From Pseudomonadota bacterium (lineage in GTDB: Bacteria > Pseudomonadota > Gammaproteobacteria > Burkholderiales > REEB80), in contig JAGXAQ010000001.1 in assembly GCA_018971485.1 (NCBI GenBank), forward strand, positions 323,371-387,370: DNA of 64,000 nt, read 5' to 3'. Position 1 is the first letter of the stretch; the number at the start of each line of letters is the position of its first letter. The translations under genes and the position numbers were made by a program. This document shows, one piece after another, positions 48,453 through 58,222 of the stretch. The notes under the pieces were generated by a model that was not told the DNA's origin, searched no databases, and saw nothing but the letters and a program-made list of their open reading frames with translations.

Positions 48453-51347
48453 ATGCTTTCAGAAGAAGTGCTGGATCAAAACGAGAAAGACGTGAGAGAC
48501 AGGAGTTGTTTTGAGCACGCGTCAGACAGCATGCTGATAGTTAATACGAAACATAACCGTTTCGAAGCGAATTCCTCTTTTGCTCGTAGATTAGGCTACC
48601 TTTCCGGGGATCTGGCCCGGATGAGAGCATCTGATTTGATTATTGAGGGCAAGGAGGTCGGGAGTGGTCAGGCTGGATTGATTATTGACGGAGCAGGTGA
48701 TGATGAGGCTTGCTCCAGATGGCAGTTCCGGTGCAAGGATCAGTCAGTCCTGCCCCTTGGGGTCAGGCTGATAAGGGTGGATGCAGAACAGTGGCTGGTT
48801 ATAGTGACCGAGGCACCTTGTTCCGATGAGAATGCGTTCAGGGCCAGGCAGTTGGCAGCTATTGTTGAATCTTCGCAAGATGCAATTATCGGGCTTGATT
48901 TGAAAGGCGAGGTGACCTGCTGGAATACTGGCGCTGAATTGATGTTTGGTTATGCTGCTCAGGAGATGATGGGTACACCCGTGTTGCGCCTGGTTCCGGT
49001 TGACCGCCAGAAGGAGCATGTCAGCCTGATGGAGCGAATCAGGGAAGGGTTAAAGGTAGACCATTTTATTACATTGCGACAGGCTAAAGATCATCGTCTA
49101 TTGGACGTATCGTTGACTTTGTCTCCCATTAAGGATGACGAGGGTCATGTGGTTGGCGTGTCCGAGACTGTTCGTGAGATGACGCTTCTTAAGGAGCACG
49201 AGCGGGAAATTGAACGTCTGTTGAGGCTTTATGCTGCCTTAAGCCAGGTGAATCAGGCGATTGTCTGGGTTCGGGATAAAAAGGCGCTTTTTGAAAAAGT
49301 ATGCCAGGTACTCATCGAGTATGGGGGATTCCAGATGGCCTGGATTAGCTGGTATGATTCACAGGCGCATGCGCTTTTTCCTGTTGCTGTTTCAGGAGAC
49401 AAGTCATCCTATATCTGGGATATCCGGATTGATGTGAAAGACTGTAATTACCCTGAAACACTGAGTCCTTCTGGCACAGTGTTTTGCACGGGTGTACCCT
49501 ATGTTGCCAATTCTATTGGAGAAGATCCTGGTGCTCTTGCCTGGCTGGCGGAACTTGAAACACGTGGATACCGTGCGTTTTCTATTTTTCCGATACGGAT
49601 GAATGGCCAGGTGCAGGGTACATTAAGCGTGTTTTCAGATGAAACTGGTTTTTTTCGTGATAAAGAAATCGATCTCCTTAAGGAAGCGGCGAGCGATTTG
49701 TCTTTTGCAGTCGATAATCTGGAGCTTGAAAAGACCCGCCAACAAGCTGAATTGGCCGCCCAGAGTGAGAGACAGTTTTCGGATACCATGATTGAGAGCA
49801 TGCCAGGTATTCTCTATTTTTATGATGAACGGGGACAGTTCTTGCGCTGGAACAAGAATTTTGAGGTTGTTTCCGGCTATTCCGCAGAAGAAATCAGGCA
49901 AATGCACCCCCTTGATTTTTTCATGGACAAAGATAAACCTTCTCTAGAAAAGCGGATTGAAGAGGTGTTTAAGACAGGTGAGGCGTGTATTGAAGCGTCC
50001 TTTCGGTCGAAAGATGGTAGCCTTACCCCTTATTTTTTTACTGGAAGACGGGTTATATTGAATGACAGGCCTTTTCTGGTTGGGGTGGGAATAGATGTTT
50101 CTGAACGGATCAAGACCGAGCTTGAGGTTCATAAAATGCAGGGCCGGCTTGAGGCTGTTGTTGAAAACCTGAGTGAAGGGCTGGTTATTGCCGATCCGGA
50201 AGGGGACCTGCTTCTTTGGAACCCGGAATCATTGCGTCTGCTGGGATTTTCTGATCTGGAAGAAGGGCGTCGCCGTCAGAATGAGTTTGCCGATATTTTT
50301 GAGCTGCGTACCTTGGATGGGGTGAAGCTTGCGCTGAATGAGTGGCCTCTGGCCCGTGTCAGGCGGGGTGAATCCATCCAGGATCTTCAATTAAGCGTAC
50401 GGCGGATAGGTTCGGCTGAGGAGCGGATTATGAGTTATACCGGATCTCATGTGACCTATTGGGGAAATAAGGCGTTAGCGTTTATGACGCTCCAGGATAT
50501 CACGTTACGTAAACGGGCTGAAACAGCTTTGCGTGGGGACAGGGATGATTTGGAAAGACAGGTGGCTGCCCGTACGGCAGATTTGCAGGCAGCCCTTGTT
50601 CGTGCTGAAGCAGCAGACAAGCTCAAATCTGCCTTCCTGGCTACAATGTCCCATGAATTAAGGACCCCGCTTAATTCCATTATTGGTTTTACGGGCTTAT
50701 TGCTCCAGGGTATGGCTGGCCCAATGAACGCCGAGCAGTCTAAGCAGCTTGGGATGGTGCAAACTAGCTCCCGCCATCTTCTGGAGCTCATTAATGATGT
50801 TCTTGATATTTCCAAGATTGAAGCGGATCAATTGGAAATCCGTCCGGAGCCATTTGATATCCAGGCAGCCTTGAATCATGTCATGGATGGGATACGTCCC
50901 ATGGCCGAGAAAAAGGGATTGATCCTTAAGGCACATTTCTCTTCGAATTTGGGGGAGATGATCAGCGATCGTCGTCGAATAGAACAGATTTTCATCAATC
51001 TTCTGAATAATGCCATCAAGTTTACCGAATCTGGACATGTGATACTTGAGGCTGGCGTGATGAATAATTTCAGGATGCCTTCAGGTACAGTGCTTGGTTC
51101 TGTTTTACAGGCTTGCGTCATAGATACCGGAATTGGAATCAAACCTGAAGATTTGGCCTGTTTGTTTCAACCATTTCATCAGATTGACGGAGGGATTTCC
51201 CGACAGCATGAAGGCACAGGATTAGGGCTTGCCATCAGTCGCAAGCTCGCCAGGCTGCTAAAAGGAGAGATGAGTGTCAGAAGTGAATGGTCCAAAGGAA
51301 GCGAGTTTACCGTGCTGCTTCCTATGCGTCTGGATATTTTAGAGTGA
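48453..51347 (+). CDS. multi-PAS/GAF sensor histidine kinase (no receiver domain)
   Basis: 964 aa with at least four PAS/PAC-like modules and one GAF. HisKA is 'MSHELRTPLNSIIGFTG'. HATPase motifs are 'NLLNNAIKFT', 'DTGIGI' and 'GTGLGLAI'. Confidence 0.88.
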   Translation: MLSEEVLDQNEKDVRDRSCFEHASDSMLIVNTKHNRFEANSSFARRLGYLSGDLARMRASDLIIEGKEVGSGQAGLIIDGAGDDEACSRWQFRCKDQSVLPLGVRLIRVDAEQWLVIVTEAPCSDENAFRARQLAAIVESSQDAIIGLDLKGEVTCWNTGAELMFGYAAQEMMGTPVLRLVPVDRQKEHVSLMERIREGLKVDHFITLRQAKDHRLLDVSLTLSPIKDDEGHVVGVSETVREMTLLKEHEREIERLLRLYAALSQVNQAIVWVRDKKALFEKVCQVLIEYGGFQMAWISWYDSQAHALFPVAVSGDKSSYIWDIRIDVKDCNYPETLSPSGTVFCTGVPYVANSIGEDPGALAWLAELETRGYRAFSIFPIRMNGQVQGTLSVFSDETGFFRDKEIDLLKEAASDLSFAVDNLELEKTRQQAELAAQSERQFSDTMIESMPGILYFYDERGQFLRWNKNFEVVSGYSAEEIRQMHPLDFFMDKDKPSLEKRIEEVFKTGEACIEASFRSKDGSLTPYFFTGRRVILNDRPFLVGVGIDVSERIKTELEVHKMQGRLEAVVENLSEGLVIADPEGDLLLWNPESLRLLGFSDLEEGRRRQNEFADIFELRTLDGVKLALNEWPLARVRRGESIQDLQLSVRRIGSAEERIMSYTGSHVTYWGNKALAFMTLQDITLRKRAETALRGDRDDLERQVAARTADLQAALVRAEAADKLKSAFLATMSHELRTPLNSIIGFTGLLLQGMAGPMNAEQSKQLGMVQTSSRHLLELINDVLDISKIEADQLEIRPEPFDIQAALNHVMDGIRPMAEKKGLILKAHFSSNLGEMISDRRRIEQIFINLLNNAIKFTESGHVILEAGVMNNFRMPSGTVLGSVLQACVIDTGIGIKPEDLACLFQPFHQIDGGISRQHEGTGLGLAISRKLARLLKGEMSVRSEWSKGSEFTVLLPMRLDILE

Positions 51348-51730
51348 ACACGACGATCTTGCTGATTGAGGATAACGAACAGAACCGCTATCTTGCCACG
51401 TTCTTGCTGGAGCATCGTGGTTATCGGGTTGTGTCAGCACCAGATGGTTCGAGCGGGATTGAATGCGCTTTTGCGTTATTGCCGGATCTTATCTTGCTGG
51501 ACATACAGCTTCCATTGATGGATGGTTATGCTGTAGCACAGGCATTGCGGGCCAATGCCAAGATGGATCATACCCCGATTATTGCAGTGACCTCCTACGC
51601 GATGGTAGGGGATCGTGAAAAATGCCTGGAAGCCGGGTGCAATGGATATATTGAAAAACCGATTAACCCGGAAACTTTTGTGACTGAAATTGAGGGTTTT
51701 CTCACTGCCTGGGGAAGAAGGAGCGGGTAA
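51344..51730 (+). CDS. single-domain response regulator (CheY-like receiver)
   Basis: 'ILLIEDNEQNRYL', 'DLILLDIQLPLMDG', 'IIAVTSYAM' and 'YIEKP'. GTG 51344 overlaps the kinase stop (GTGA). The ORF in the track opens inside the kinase gene. Confidence 0.85.
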   Translation: MNTTILLIEDNEQNRYLATFLLEHRGYRVVSAPDGSSGIECAFALLPDLILLDIQLPLMDGYAVAQALRANAKMDHTPIIAVTSYAMVGDREKCLEAGCNGYIEKPINPETFVTEIEGFLTAWGRRSG

Positions 51731-54700
51731 TGGCCCAGATCCTGATTGTGGATGACAAGGAAGACAATCTTTATTACTTGCAGGTGCTGCTTGGGGGTCA
51801 TGGCTATGGCGTGATTCTTGCCAGACATGGTGCTGAAGCTCTGGTCAAGGCAAGGCAATCCCTGCCTGATCTAGTGGTTTCAGATCTGTTGATGCCCGTA
51901 ATGGATGGCTATACCCTTTTACGTCACTGGCGGGCTGATGCCCGCCTCATGTCCATCCCTTTTATTGTTTATACTGCAACGTATACCGAGGTGGAAGACA
52001 AGCAGCTTGCGCTCAATTTGGGAGCAAATGATTTTATTTTGAAACCCTGCGAGCCTGATGATTTTGTAGCCAGGATTCGCGATGTCCTGGAGCAACCAGA
52101 AGGGTATCAGGACAGTTCAAATGGGATCTTTTTGAATGAGACGGGAGTGTTCAAGCAATACAGCCAGACATTGATTCGGAAACTCGAGCAGAAAATGCTG
52201 CAGCTCGAAGAAACAAACCGGACGCTAGAGCTGGAAATCCAGGAGCGCAAGACGGCGGTTGAGGAGCTAAATCTTAAGAATAGGATACTCAAGACTGAGC
52301 AGGAGGCGTCACTTGATGCGATTCTTGTAGTTGGCCAAGACGACAACATATTATTCTATAATAAAAATTTTATAGCATTATGGGGGATTCCCATATCGTT
52401 GCTTGAAGCAGGGCTGGATAGTCCTGTACTTCAGTCAGTGGCAGAACAGGTGAAGAACCCCCAGGCTTTTGTTTCGCAGGTGAAATATTTGTATAAGCAC
52501 CCGCATAAGAATAGCCGTGATGAACTAGAGCTCATGGATGGCAGGATAGTGGATCGCTACTCAGCACCCATTATTGACAATAATGAGAAATATTATGGGC
52601 GGGTCTGGTATTTCCGTGATGTAACGGATAGACGGCGTGCTCAGCAGACCCTGCTTGCCAGTGAGCGGGAACAAAGACAGCTGGCTGGGGAGCTGGCTAT
52701 TGAGCGTGCCCGTTTGGTTGAGGCGCAACGGGTAGCGAAGATTGGAAGCTGGGAGTCAAATCTAGACACGTTTGAGGTAGTCTGGTCAGATGAGGTCTAT
52801 CGAATTTTTGAAGTGGATCCGGCCTGCTTTGTTCCAACCCATCAGGGTGTCCTGGAAAAGATACTACCTGAAGATCGGTTGATGGCTGATGATGCGTTTT
52901 CACAGTCATTGAATCAAGCAGAACCTGTTACCATCGAATATCGAATTGGCATGGCTGATGGGCGAGTCAAGTTTGTGGAAGAAAACTGGCAGGTGATATT
53001 CGATAAGTCAGGAAAGGCGACCCAGGCGATTGGTACTTGCCAGGATATTACAGAACACAAGCTTAATGAGAATAAAATTAGACGGCTTAACCGGGTTCTG
53101 GCTGTTCTGGGCCAGATTAATGCACTTATTGTGCGGGTTAAGGATCGGGATGAATTATTTAATGAAGCCTGCAAGATTGCAACTGAAGCCGGGGAATTCC
53201 ATTTAGCTCTCATTGCACAGCTTGATGAAGATCGTGAACATGTTCTTCCAGTAGCCTGGGCAGGCCAGGATCAGAAATTATTTGAAGTCATACGGGAAGC
53301 ACTTGCCTCCAATGGCTTATCTAAGGCTTTTTCCGGGCAGGCTATCCGGGAAAGGCGGGCCATTGTGATCAATCATATTCAGGATACATCCAATATTGTC
53401 TCTCACCAGCACTATACCGAATCAGGGGTTCATTCGATGGCTGTTCTGCCGCTGATTGTTTCGGATGAACCTATGGGTATCTTTGCCTTGTTCGCTCATG
53501 AACAGGAATTTTTTCATGATGAAGAGATGCAGTTGTTGACTGAGCTTACTGGAGATATTGCTTTTGCCATTGATCATATTGAAAAGCGGGAACGGTTAAA
53601 TTATCTGGCCTACTATGATCCATTAACAGGGCTTGCCAACCGGACCCTCTTTCTTGAGCGTGTAACCCAGTTTATACGGGTAAAGGAGAAGGGCCATTTT
53701 AAAACCGCATTGTTTTTGCTTGATCTGGAACGGTTCAAGGATGTGAATGACAGCATGGGCCTTGCAATGGGAGATATTCTTTTAAAGCAGGTTGCAGTGT
53801 GGCTTAAGCAATATATCGGAGACATGAATCTTTTGGCTCGTATAGAGGTGGATCGTTTCGCATGGGTCTTGCCTGATATTCATCAGGAGGCTGAGGCAGC
53901 AAGGTTTGCCGAGGCCATGCTGGCCGCATTATTGCAAATTCCGTTTTCAGTTAATGACGTTGAATTGAGGTTGGGCGCAAAAATCGGGATTGCCTTGTTT
54001 CCAGAAGGGGGCAGGGAAGCCGAGAGCTTGTTCAGGAATGCTGAAGCTGCTCTTAAGATGGCCAAGAGAAAAAGTGACCGGTATTTGTTTCATACAAGAA
54101 AAATGACCGAAGCCGTGGCAGATAAGCTCGCACTTGAGAACCGGTTGCGCCTCGCGGTCAGCCGTGAGGAGTTTATACTGTATTATCAACCTAAAATCAA
54201 CTCGGTTTCGGGACAGATTACTGGAGTAGAAGCTTTGATCCGGTGGAATGACCCCCATCGAGGGCTGATAGCCCCAGATAAATTCATCCCGGTTCTAGAG
54301 GAAACCGGACTTATATATGAGGTCGGACGATGGGCTTTGACTCAAGCTATCAGTGATTATCTCAGATGGCAATCAGAAGGGCGTGAAGCGGTTCGTATTG
54401 CAGTCAATGTGTCTTCCTTGCAGTTGCGTAACCCTGGGTTTGCAAAAGAGATCGAGAAAAATATTGCCGTTCATCCACAAGCTCGCCAGGCCCTGGAGCT
54501 GGAAATTACTGAAAGCATGATTGTTGAGGACATGACCCGTTCGGTTTTTCTCTTGCGGACAATCCGGGGTATGGGCATATCGATAGCCATTGATGATTTT
54601 GGAACGGGTTTCTCATCCTTGGGCTATCTGTCGAAATTACCGGTGGACACCTTAAAAATTGATCAGAGTTTTGTACGGGAAATGACTGCTGATCCCCAAG

Positions 54701-54918
54701 GATTGACTTTGGTATCGACGATTATTTCTTTAGCCCATTCATTGAAACTCAAAGTGGTTGCTGAAGGTGTTGAAACACAGGAACAGTTTCGTTTGCTCCG
54801 ACTGTTAAATTGTGATGAAATGCAGGGATTTTTATTCAGCAGGCCAATACCTGTTGATGAATTCGAATCCGCATTCCTTTCAGGAAGAAAAGATTTCTCA
54901 AGTTACGGGATTCAGTGA
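51730..54918 (+). CDS. REC-PAS-PAS-GAF-GGDEF(degenerate)-EAL c-di-GMP phosphodiesterase-type response regulator
   Basis: REC 'ILIVDDKEDN...DLVVSDLLMPVMDG'. The GGDEF fold has 'YYDPLTGLANR', but the signature is replaced by 'RIEVDRFAWVL'. The EAL domain is intact: 'EALIRWNDP', 'LELEITES', 'IAIDDFGTGFSSLGYL', 'KIDQSFV', 'AEGVET' and 'QGFLFSRP'. The ATG overlaps the upstream stop (TAATG). Confidence 0.88.
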   Translation: MAQILIVDDKEDNLYYLQVLLGGHGYGVILARHGAEALVKARQSLPDLVVSDLLMPVMDGYTLLRHWRADARLMSIPFIVYTATYTEVEDKQLALNLGANDFILKPCEPDDFVARIRDVLEQPEGYQDSSNGIFLNETGVFKQYSQTLIRKLEQKMLQLEETNRTLELEIQERKTAVEELNLKNRILKTEQEASLDAILVVGQDDNILFYNKNFIALWGIPISLLEAGLDSPVLQSVAEQVKNPQAFVSQVKYLYKHPHKNSRDELELMDGRIVDRYSAPIIDNNEKYYGRVWYFRDVTDRRRAQQTLLASEREQRQLAGELAIERARLVEAQRVAKIGSWESNLDTFEVVWSDEVYRIFEVDPACFVPTHQGVLEKILPEDRLMADDAFSQSLNQAEPVTIEYRIGMADGRVKFVEENWQVIFDKSGKATQAIGTCQDITEHKLNENKIRRLNRVLAVLGQINALIVRVKDRDELFNEACKIATEAGEFHLALIAQLDEDREHVLPVAWAGQDQKLFEVIREALASNGLSKAFSGQAIRERRAIVINHIQDTSNIVSHQHYTESGVHSMAVLPLIVSDEPMGIFALFAHEQEFFHDEEMQLLTELTGDIAFAIDHIEKRERLNYLAYYDPLTGLANRTLFLERVTQFIRVKEKGHFKTALFLLDLERFKDVNDSMGLAMGDILLKQVAVWLKQYIGDMNLLARIEVDRFAWVLPDIHQEAEAARFAEAMLAALLQIPFSVNDVELRLGAKIGIALFPEGGREAESLFRNAEAALKMAKRKSDRYLFHTRKMTEAVADKLALENRLRLAVSREEFILYYQPKINSVSGQITGVEALIRWNDPHRGLIAPDKFIPVLEETGLIYEVGRWALTQAISDYLRWQSEGREAVRIAVNVSSLQLRNPGFAKEIEKNIAVHPQARQALELEITESMIVEDMTRSVFLLRTIRGMGISIAIDDFGTGFSSLGYLSKLPVDTLKIDQSFVREMTADPQGLTLVSTIISLAHSLKLKVVAEGVETQEQFRLLRLLNCDEMQGFLFSRPIPVDEFESAFLSGRKDFSSYGIQ

Positions 54919-55042
54919 TCCTGTTGGAACGGCTTGCAAGGCTGGTAAATGGATTGCATACTGCGAGGCAGTGTGCAATTAAAACCAGACTTGATCCGGA
55001 CAGCTTTGCTAATCTGTCAGATTACTATTTAAGGAGGATTAT

Positions 55043-55549
55043 ATGGCACAAGTTACCATGGGCGGACAACCTGTCAAGTTGGGGGGGGTATTTCCTAAAA
55101 AAGGAGACAAGGCCAAAGATTTTACATTGGTGGATCGTAAGTTAAAGGATGTTGGACTAGGCCAGTTTTCCGGGAAGAAGAAAGTGCTTAATATTGTGCC
55201 CAGCCTAGATACGCCTACCTGCCAGGCCTCGACCAGAAAGTTTAACGAGATTGCTTCCGGGCTCACTGATACGGTTGTTCTGGTTATATCGGCGGATTTG
55301 CCCTTTGCCCAGGGGCGTTTTTGTGGTGCCGAAGGTCTGGACAATGTCATTACATTGTCTACGATGCGCGGATCGGGATTTATGCACGATTATGGCGTGG
55401 CAGTTGAAAGTGGAGTATTGAAGGGAGTAACAGCGCGAGCAGTCGTCGTTCTTGATGCACAAGACCGTGTGGTATATGGCGAACTGGTTGCAGATATCAA
55501 GAATGAACCGGATTATGATGCCGCGCTGGCAGCATTGAGGACCTGTTAG
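55043..55549 (+). CDS. tpx: thiol peroxidase (atypical 2-Cys peroxiredoxin Tpx)
   Basis: '[16 protein letters not shown]' holds the peroxidatic Cys, and '[13 protein letters not shown]' the resolving Cys. A strong AAGGAGG lies 7 nt upstream of the ATG. Confidence 0.93.
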   Translation: MAQVTMGGQPVKLGGVFPKKGDKAKDFTLVDRKLKDVGLGQFSGKKKVLNIVPSLDTPTCQASTRKFNEIASGLTDTVVLVISADLPFAQGRFCGAEGLDNVITLSTMRGSGFMHDYGVAVESGVLKGVTARAVVVLDAQDRVVYGELVADIKNEPDYDAALAALRTC

Positions 55550-55597
55550 GCTTAATTGCAGCAGGCCTGAAATCAAGAAACGAATACAGAGCAATTT

Positions 55598-56533
55598 ATG
55601 TCTATTCTTATATGTGGGTCAATGGCCTACGATACGATCATGGTCTTTCCAGAGAAATTTCAGGATCATATCCTGCCGGATCGGCTGCATATCCTGAATG
55701 TGTCCTTTCTCGTACCTGAGATGCGGCGTGAATATGGAGGATGTGCAGGTAATATCGCCTATAATCTTCATCTTATCGGGATTCAAGGCTCAATCATGGC
55801 CACGGTTGGAGATGATTTTTCTCCATATGCCGAGCGATTGGGCAAACTGGGCCTAAGTCTTGACCATATTTCCAGAATAGACGGGACGTATACAGCCCAG
55901 GCATTCATTACAACGGATGTCAGTGATAATCAGATTACGGCTTTTCACCCTGGAGCCATGAGTTATTCCCATGTGAATCATGTTTACCAGGCCCAGGGAA
56001 CAAGGCTTGGTATCGTTTCACCGGATGGACGCGAAGGGATGCTCCAGCATGCAGCCGAGTTTGAGGAGGCTGGAATCCCTTTCATTTTTGATCCAGGGCA
56101 AGGCTTGCCAATGTTTAGTGGAGACGATCTGCTTGCATTGATTCGTCAGGCGAGTTATGTCACGGTTAATGATTATGAGGCAGGACTTTTAACTCATCGA
56201 ACAGGACTGAGCCAGGACGCACTGGCATCCGAGGTCAAGGCTCTTGTCGTTACCCAGGGTGAAGCCGGTGCAACTATTTATGCTGATGGGAAGAAGATCT
56301 CCATTCCCGTCGTGGTACCTCACCAGATTGTTGATCCGACAGGGTGCGGTGATGCATTCAGGGCGGGTCTGCTCTATGGCCTGGATCAGGGGCTTGATTG
56401 GACAACGACAGGGAATCTGGCCAGTCTTATGGGGTCACTTAAGATTGCATCCCGGGGAGGGCAAAACCATGTGTCTGATAGACAGGGAATCTTCGACATG
56501 TTTCATGATGCATTCGGGTATAGCCTGAACTGA
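55598..56533 (+). CDS. PfkB-family carbohydrate/nucleoside kinase
   Basis: 'GGCAGNIAYNL' is the PfkB signature-1 region and 'DPTGCGDAFRAGLLYG' is signature 2. The substrate cannot be determined from the sequence. Confidence 0.8.
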   Translation: MSILICGSMAYDTIMVFPEKFQDHILPDRLHILNVSFLVPEMRREYGGCAGNIAYNLHLIGIQGSIMATVGDDFSPYAERLGKLGLSLDHISRIDGTYTAQAFITTDVSDNQITAFHPGAMSYSHVNHVYQAQGTRLGIVSPDGREGMLQHAAEFEEAGIPFIFDPGQGLPMFSGDDLLALIRQASYVTVNDYEAGLLTHRTGLSQDALASEVKALVVTQGEAGATIYADGKKISIPVVVPHQIVDPTGCGDAFRAGLLYGLDQGLDWTTTGNLASLMGSLKIASRGGQNHVSDRQGIFDMFHDAFGYSLN

Positions 56534-57312
56534 TGTTCCCGCTTCGAATCCTGTTCAGGGTGGCCGGTGTGTTATTCTGGGTCCTCTCGGGATGGATTCT
56601 AATCCTGTTTCAGCCGATATGGCCCCTCAGCTTCCGGCGGGTAGTGATTCGCCTGTGGTCACGGCTGTTGCTTTTAATCCTAGGTATTCGCATTGATTTA
56701 AAAGGGAAATTACCTGAAGGAGGCGCTTTATTGGTTGCCAACCATGTCTCCTGGTTGGACATTTTTGTGATTAATAGCCATCGCGCCACGCATTTTGTTG
56801 CAAAATCAGAAATTCGTGACTGGCCTGTTTTAGGGTTTCTTGTAGGCAGGGCTGGCACGTTCTATTTGGATCGTGGGAGAGGACGAGATGCATTACGGGT
56901 GATGCATCATATACGGGCAGTCATGGAACAAGGAGAATGGGTTGCCCTGTTTCCTGAAGGGGGAATTGGAGATGGGCTGACAGTTCGGCCCTTCCGCGGT
57001 TTCCTCTTTGAATCGGCTGCCGGGCAGTCAGTCCCGGTCTGCCCCATAGCTTTGAAGTATACAGATGAACAAGGGTTACCACATTTGGCTCCGATTTGGT
57101 TTGATGTTTCTTTTTTCAGATCCTTTATGCGGGTTGTAGCCGCCCAGCATATTGTTGTTCAGGCTGAAACCTGCCCACTTTTAACCGACCCTGATCGCAG
57201 GGTGCTTGCGCACCATGCCCGTACCCTGATTGTGCAAAAGCTAGGAGGTGGTTCAGGCCGAGCAAGGGATCGAGAACACCTGCCTATCGTCAAGCCGTAC
57301 AGCGGTAAGTGA
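56533..57312 (+). CDS. lysophospholipid (1-acyl-sn-glycerol-3-phosphate-type) acyltransferase
   Basis: N-terminal TM helices, the HX4D motif 'NHVSWLDIFV' and the 'FPEGG' motif. Confidence 0.8.
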   Translation: MFPLRILFRVAGVLFWVLSGWILILFQPIWPLSFRRVVIRLWSRLLLLILGIRIDLKGKLPEGGALLVANHVSWLDIFVINSHRATHFVAKSEIRDWPVLGFLVGRAGTFYLDRGRGRDALRVMHHIRAVMEQGEWVALFPEGGIGDGLTVRPFRGFLFESAAGQSVPVCPIALKYTDEQGLPHLAPIWFDVSFFRSFMRVVAAQHIVVQAETCPLLTDPDRRVLAHHARTLIVQKLGGGSGRARDREHLPIVKPYSGK

Positions 57313-58056
57313 CTGGCCCCATAAGCACCCTGTATCCAGCGCATAAAGATTGGGGCGAACAATCAAGCCTAATGTGGACCAGTGCCCAAAAATGACTGTA
57401 TATTGCGTCCAGTTTTTATTGGGTATGTCAAACCAGGGCAGATATCCTTGTGGAGCTTCACTGGGAGTGCCTTTGTGAGCAAATTCCATTTGTCCGGATG
57501 GAGTGCAGAATCTGAGACGCGTAAATACATTGACGATCACACGAAGCCGGTCATAGCCTTTTAGGTCCTCAGTCCACTCATGAGGTTCACTTCCAAACAT
57601 TCGGGTCATTAATACCCGATACTGGTCTCCCTGTAGGGCAGATTCGAACTCACGGGCATAAGAACTTGCCTGTTCAAGGGTCCATTGAGGTAAAAGGCCT
57701 GCATGAACCATTATGAAGGGCCCTTCGTGAATCATGAGTGCCTGCTGGCGAAACCAGTAAAGGATATCGGCGCAATCCGGGGCAGATAAAATATCCTGCA
57801 TCGTGTCACTGGCATGAAGCTGGCGTAAGCCGTAGGCGACACCTAAAAGATGAAGATCATGGTTACCTAGAACGGTTCGTGCTGAAGAACCGAGTTGCCT
57901 GATAGCGCGTACCGTTTCAAGAGACTGTGGCCCGCGGTTAACGAGATCTCCCGTTAGCCATAGTGTATCTTCGGGTGGATTGAACTTTAAGAGATCCAAT
58001 AGTGCCATGAATTGTGCATAACAGCCTTGGATGTCACCGATTGCATATGTTGCCAT
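57253..58056 (-). CDS. apaH: bis(5'-nucleosyl)-tetraphosphatase, symmetrical
   Basis: 'YAIGDIQGC', 'GDLVNRGP', 'GNHDLHLL' and 'FGHWS' calcineurin-like motifs, collinear with ApaH. Confidence 0.93.
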   Translation of the reverse strand: MATYAIGDIQGCYAQFMALLDLLKFNPPEDTLWLTGDLVNRGPQSLETVRAIRQLGSSARTVLGNHDLHLLGVAYGLRQLHASDTMQDILSAPDCADILYWFRQQALMIHEGPFIMVHAGLLPQWTLEQASSYAREFESALQGDQYRVLMTRMFGSEPHEWTEDLKGYDRLRVIVNVFTRLRFCTPSGQMEFAHKGTPSEAPQGYLPWFDIPNKNWTQYTVIFGHWSTLGLIVRPNLYALDTGCLWGQSLTAVRLDDRQVFSIPCSA

Positions 58057-58222
58057 GGTTGTGCCTCTTGGATTGTCCCGGGGGCATTGCGGTAATAGTG
58101 AAACGTCATTTTAACACGGCAGGATACAGGGGTTGATGGGAAGTGCGGCTGCTTGATGCATGAAAGGCTTCGGGTAAAAACAGGGTGCGAGTAGAATATT
58201 GATTTGATTCTGGATAGCAGGC

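Noticed and set aside
54915-55145. 76-aa plus-strand ORF spanning the EAL-tpx intergenic region into tpx
   Set aside because: It is out of frame with tpx, which has a perfect SD and family motifs. It has no start context of its own.
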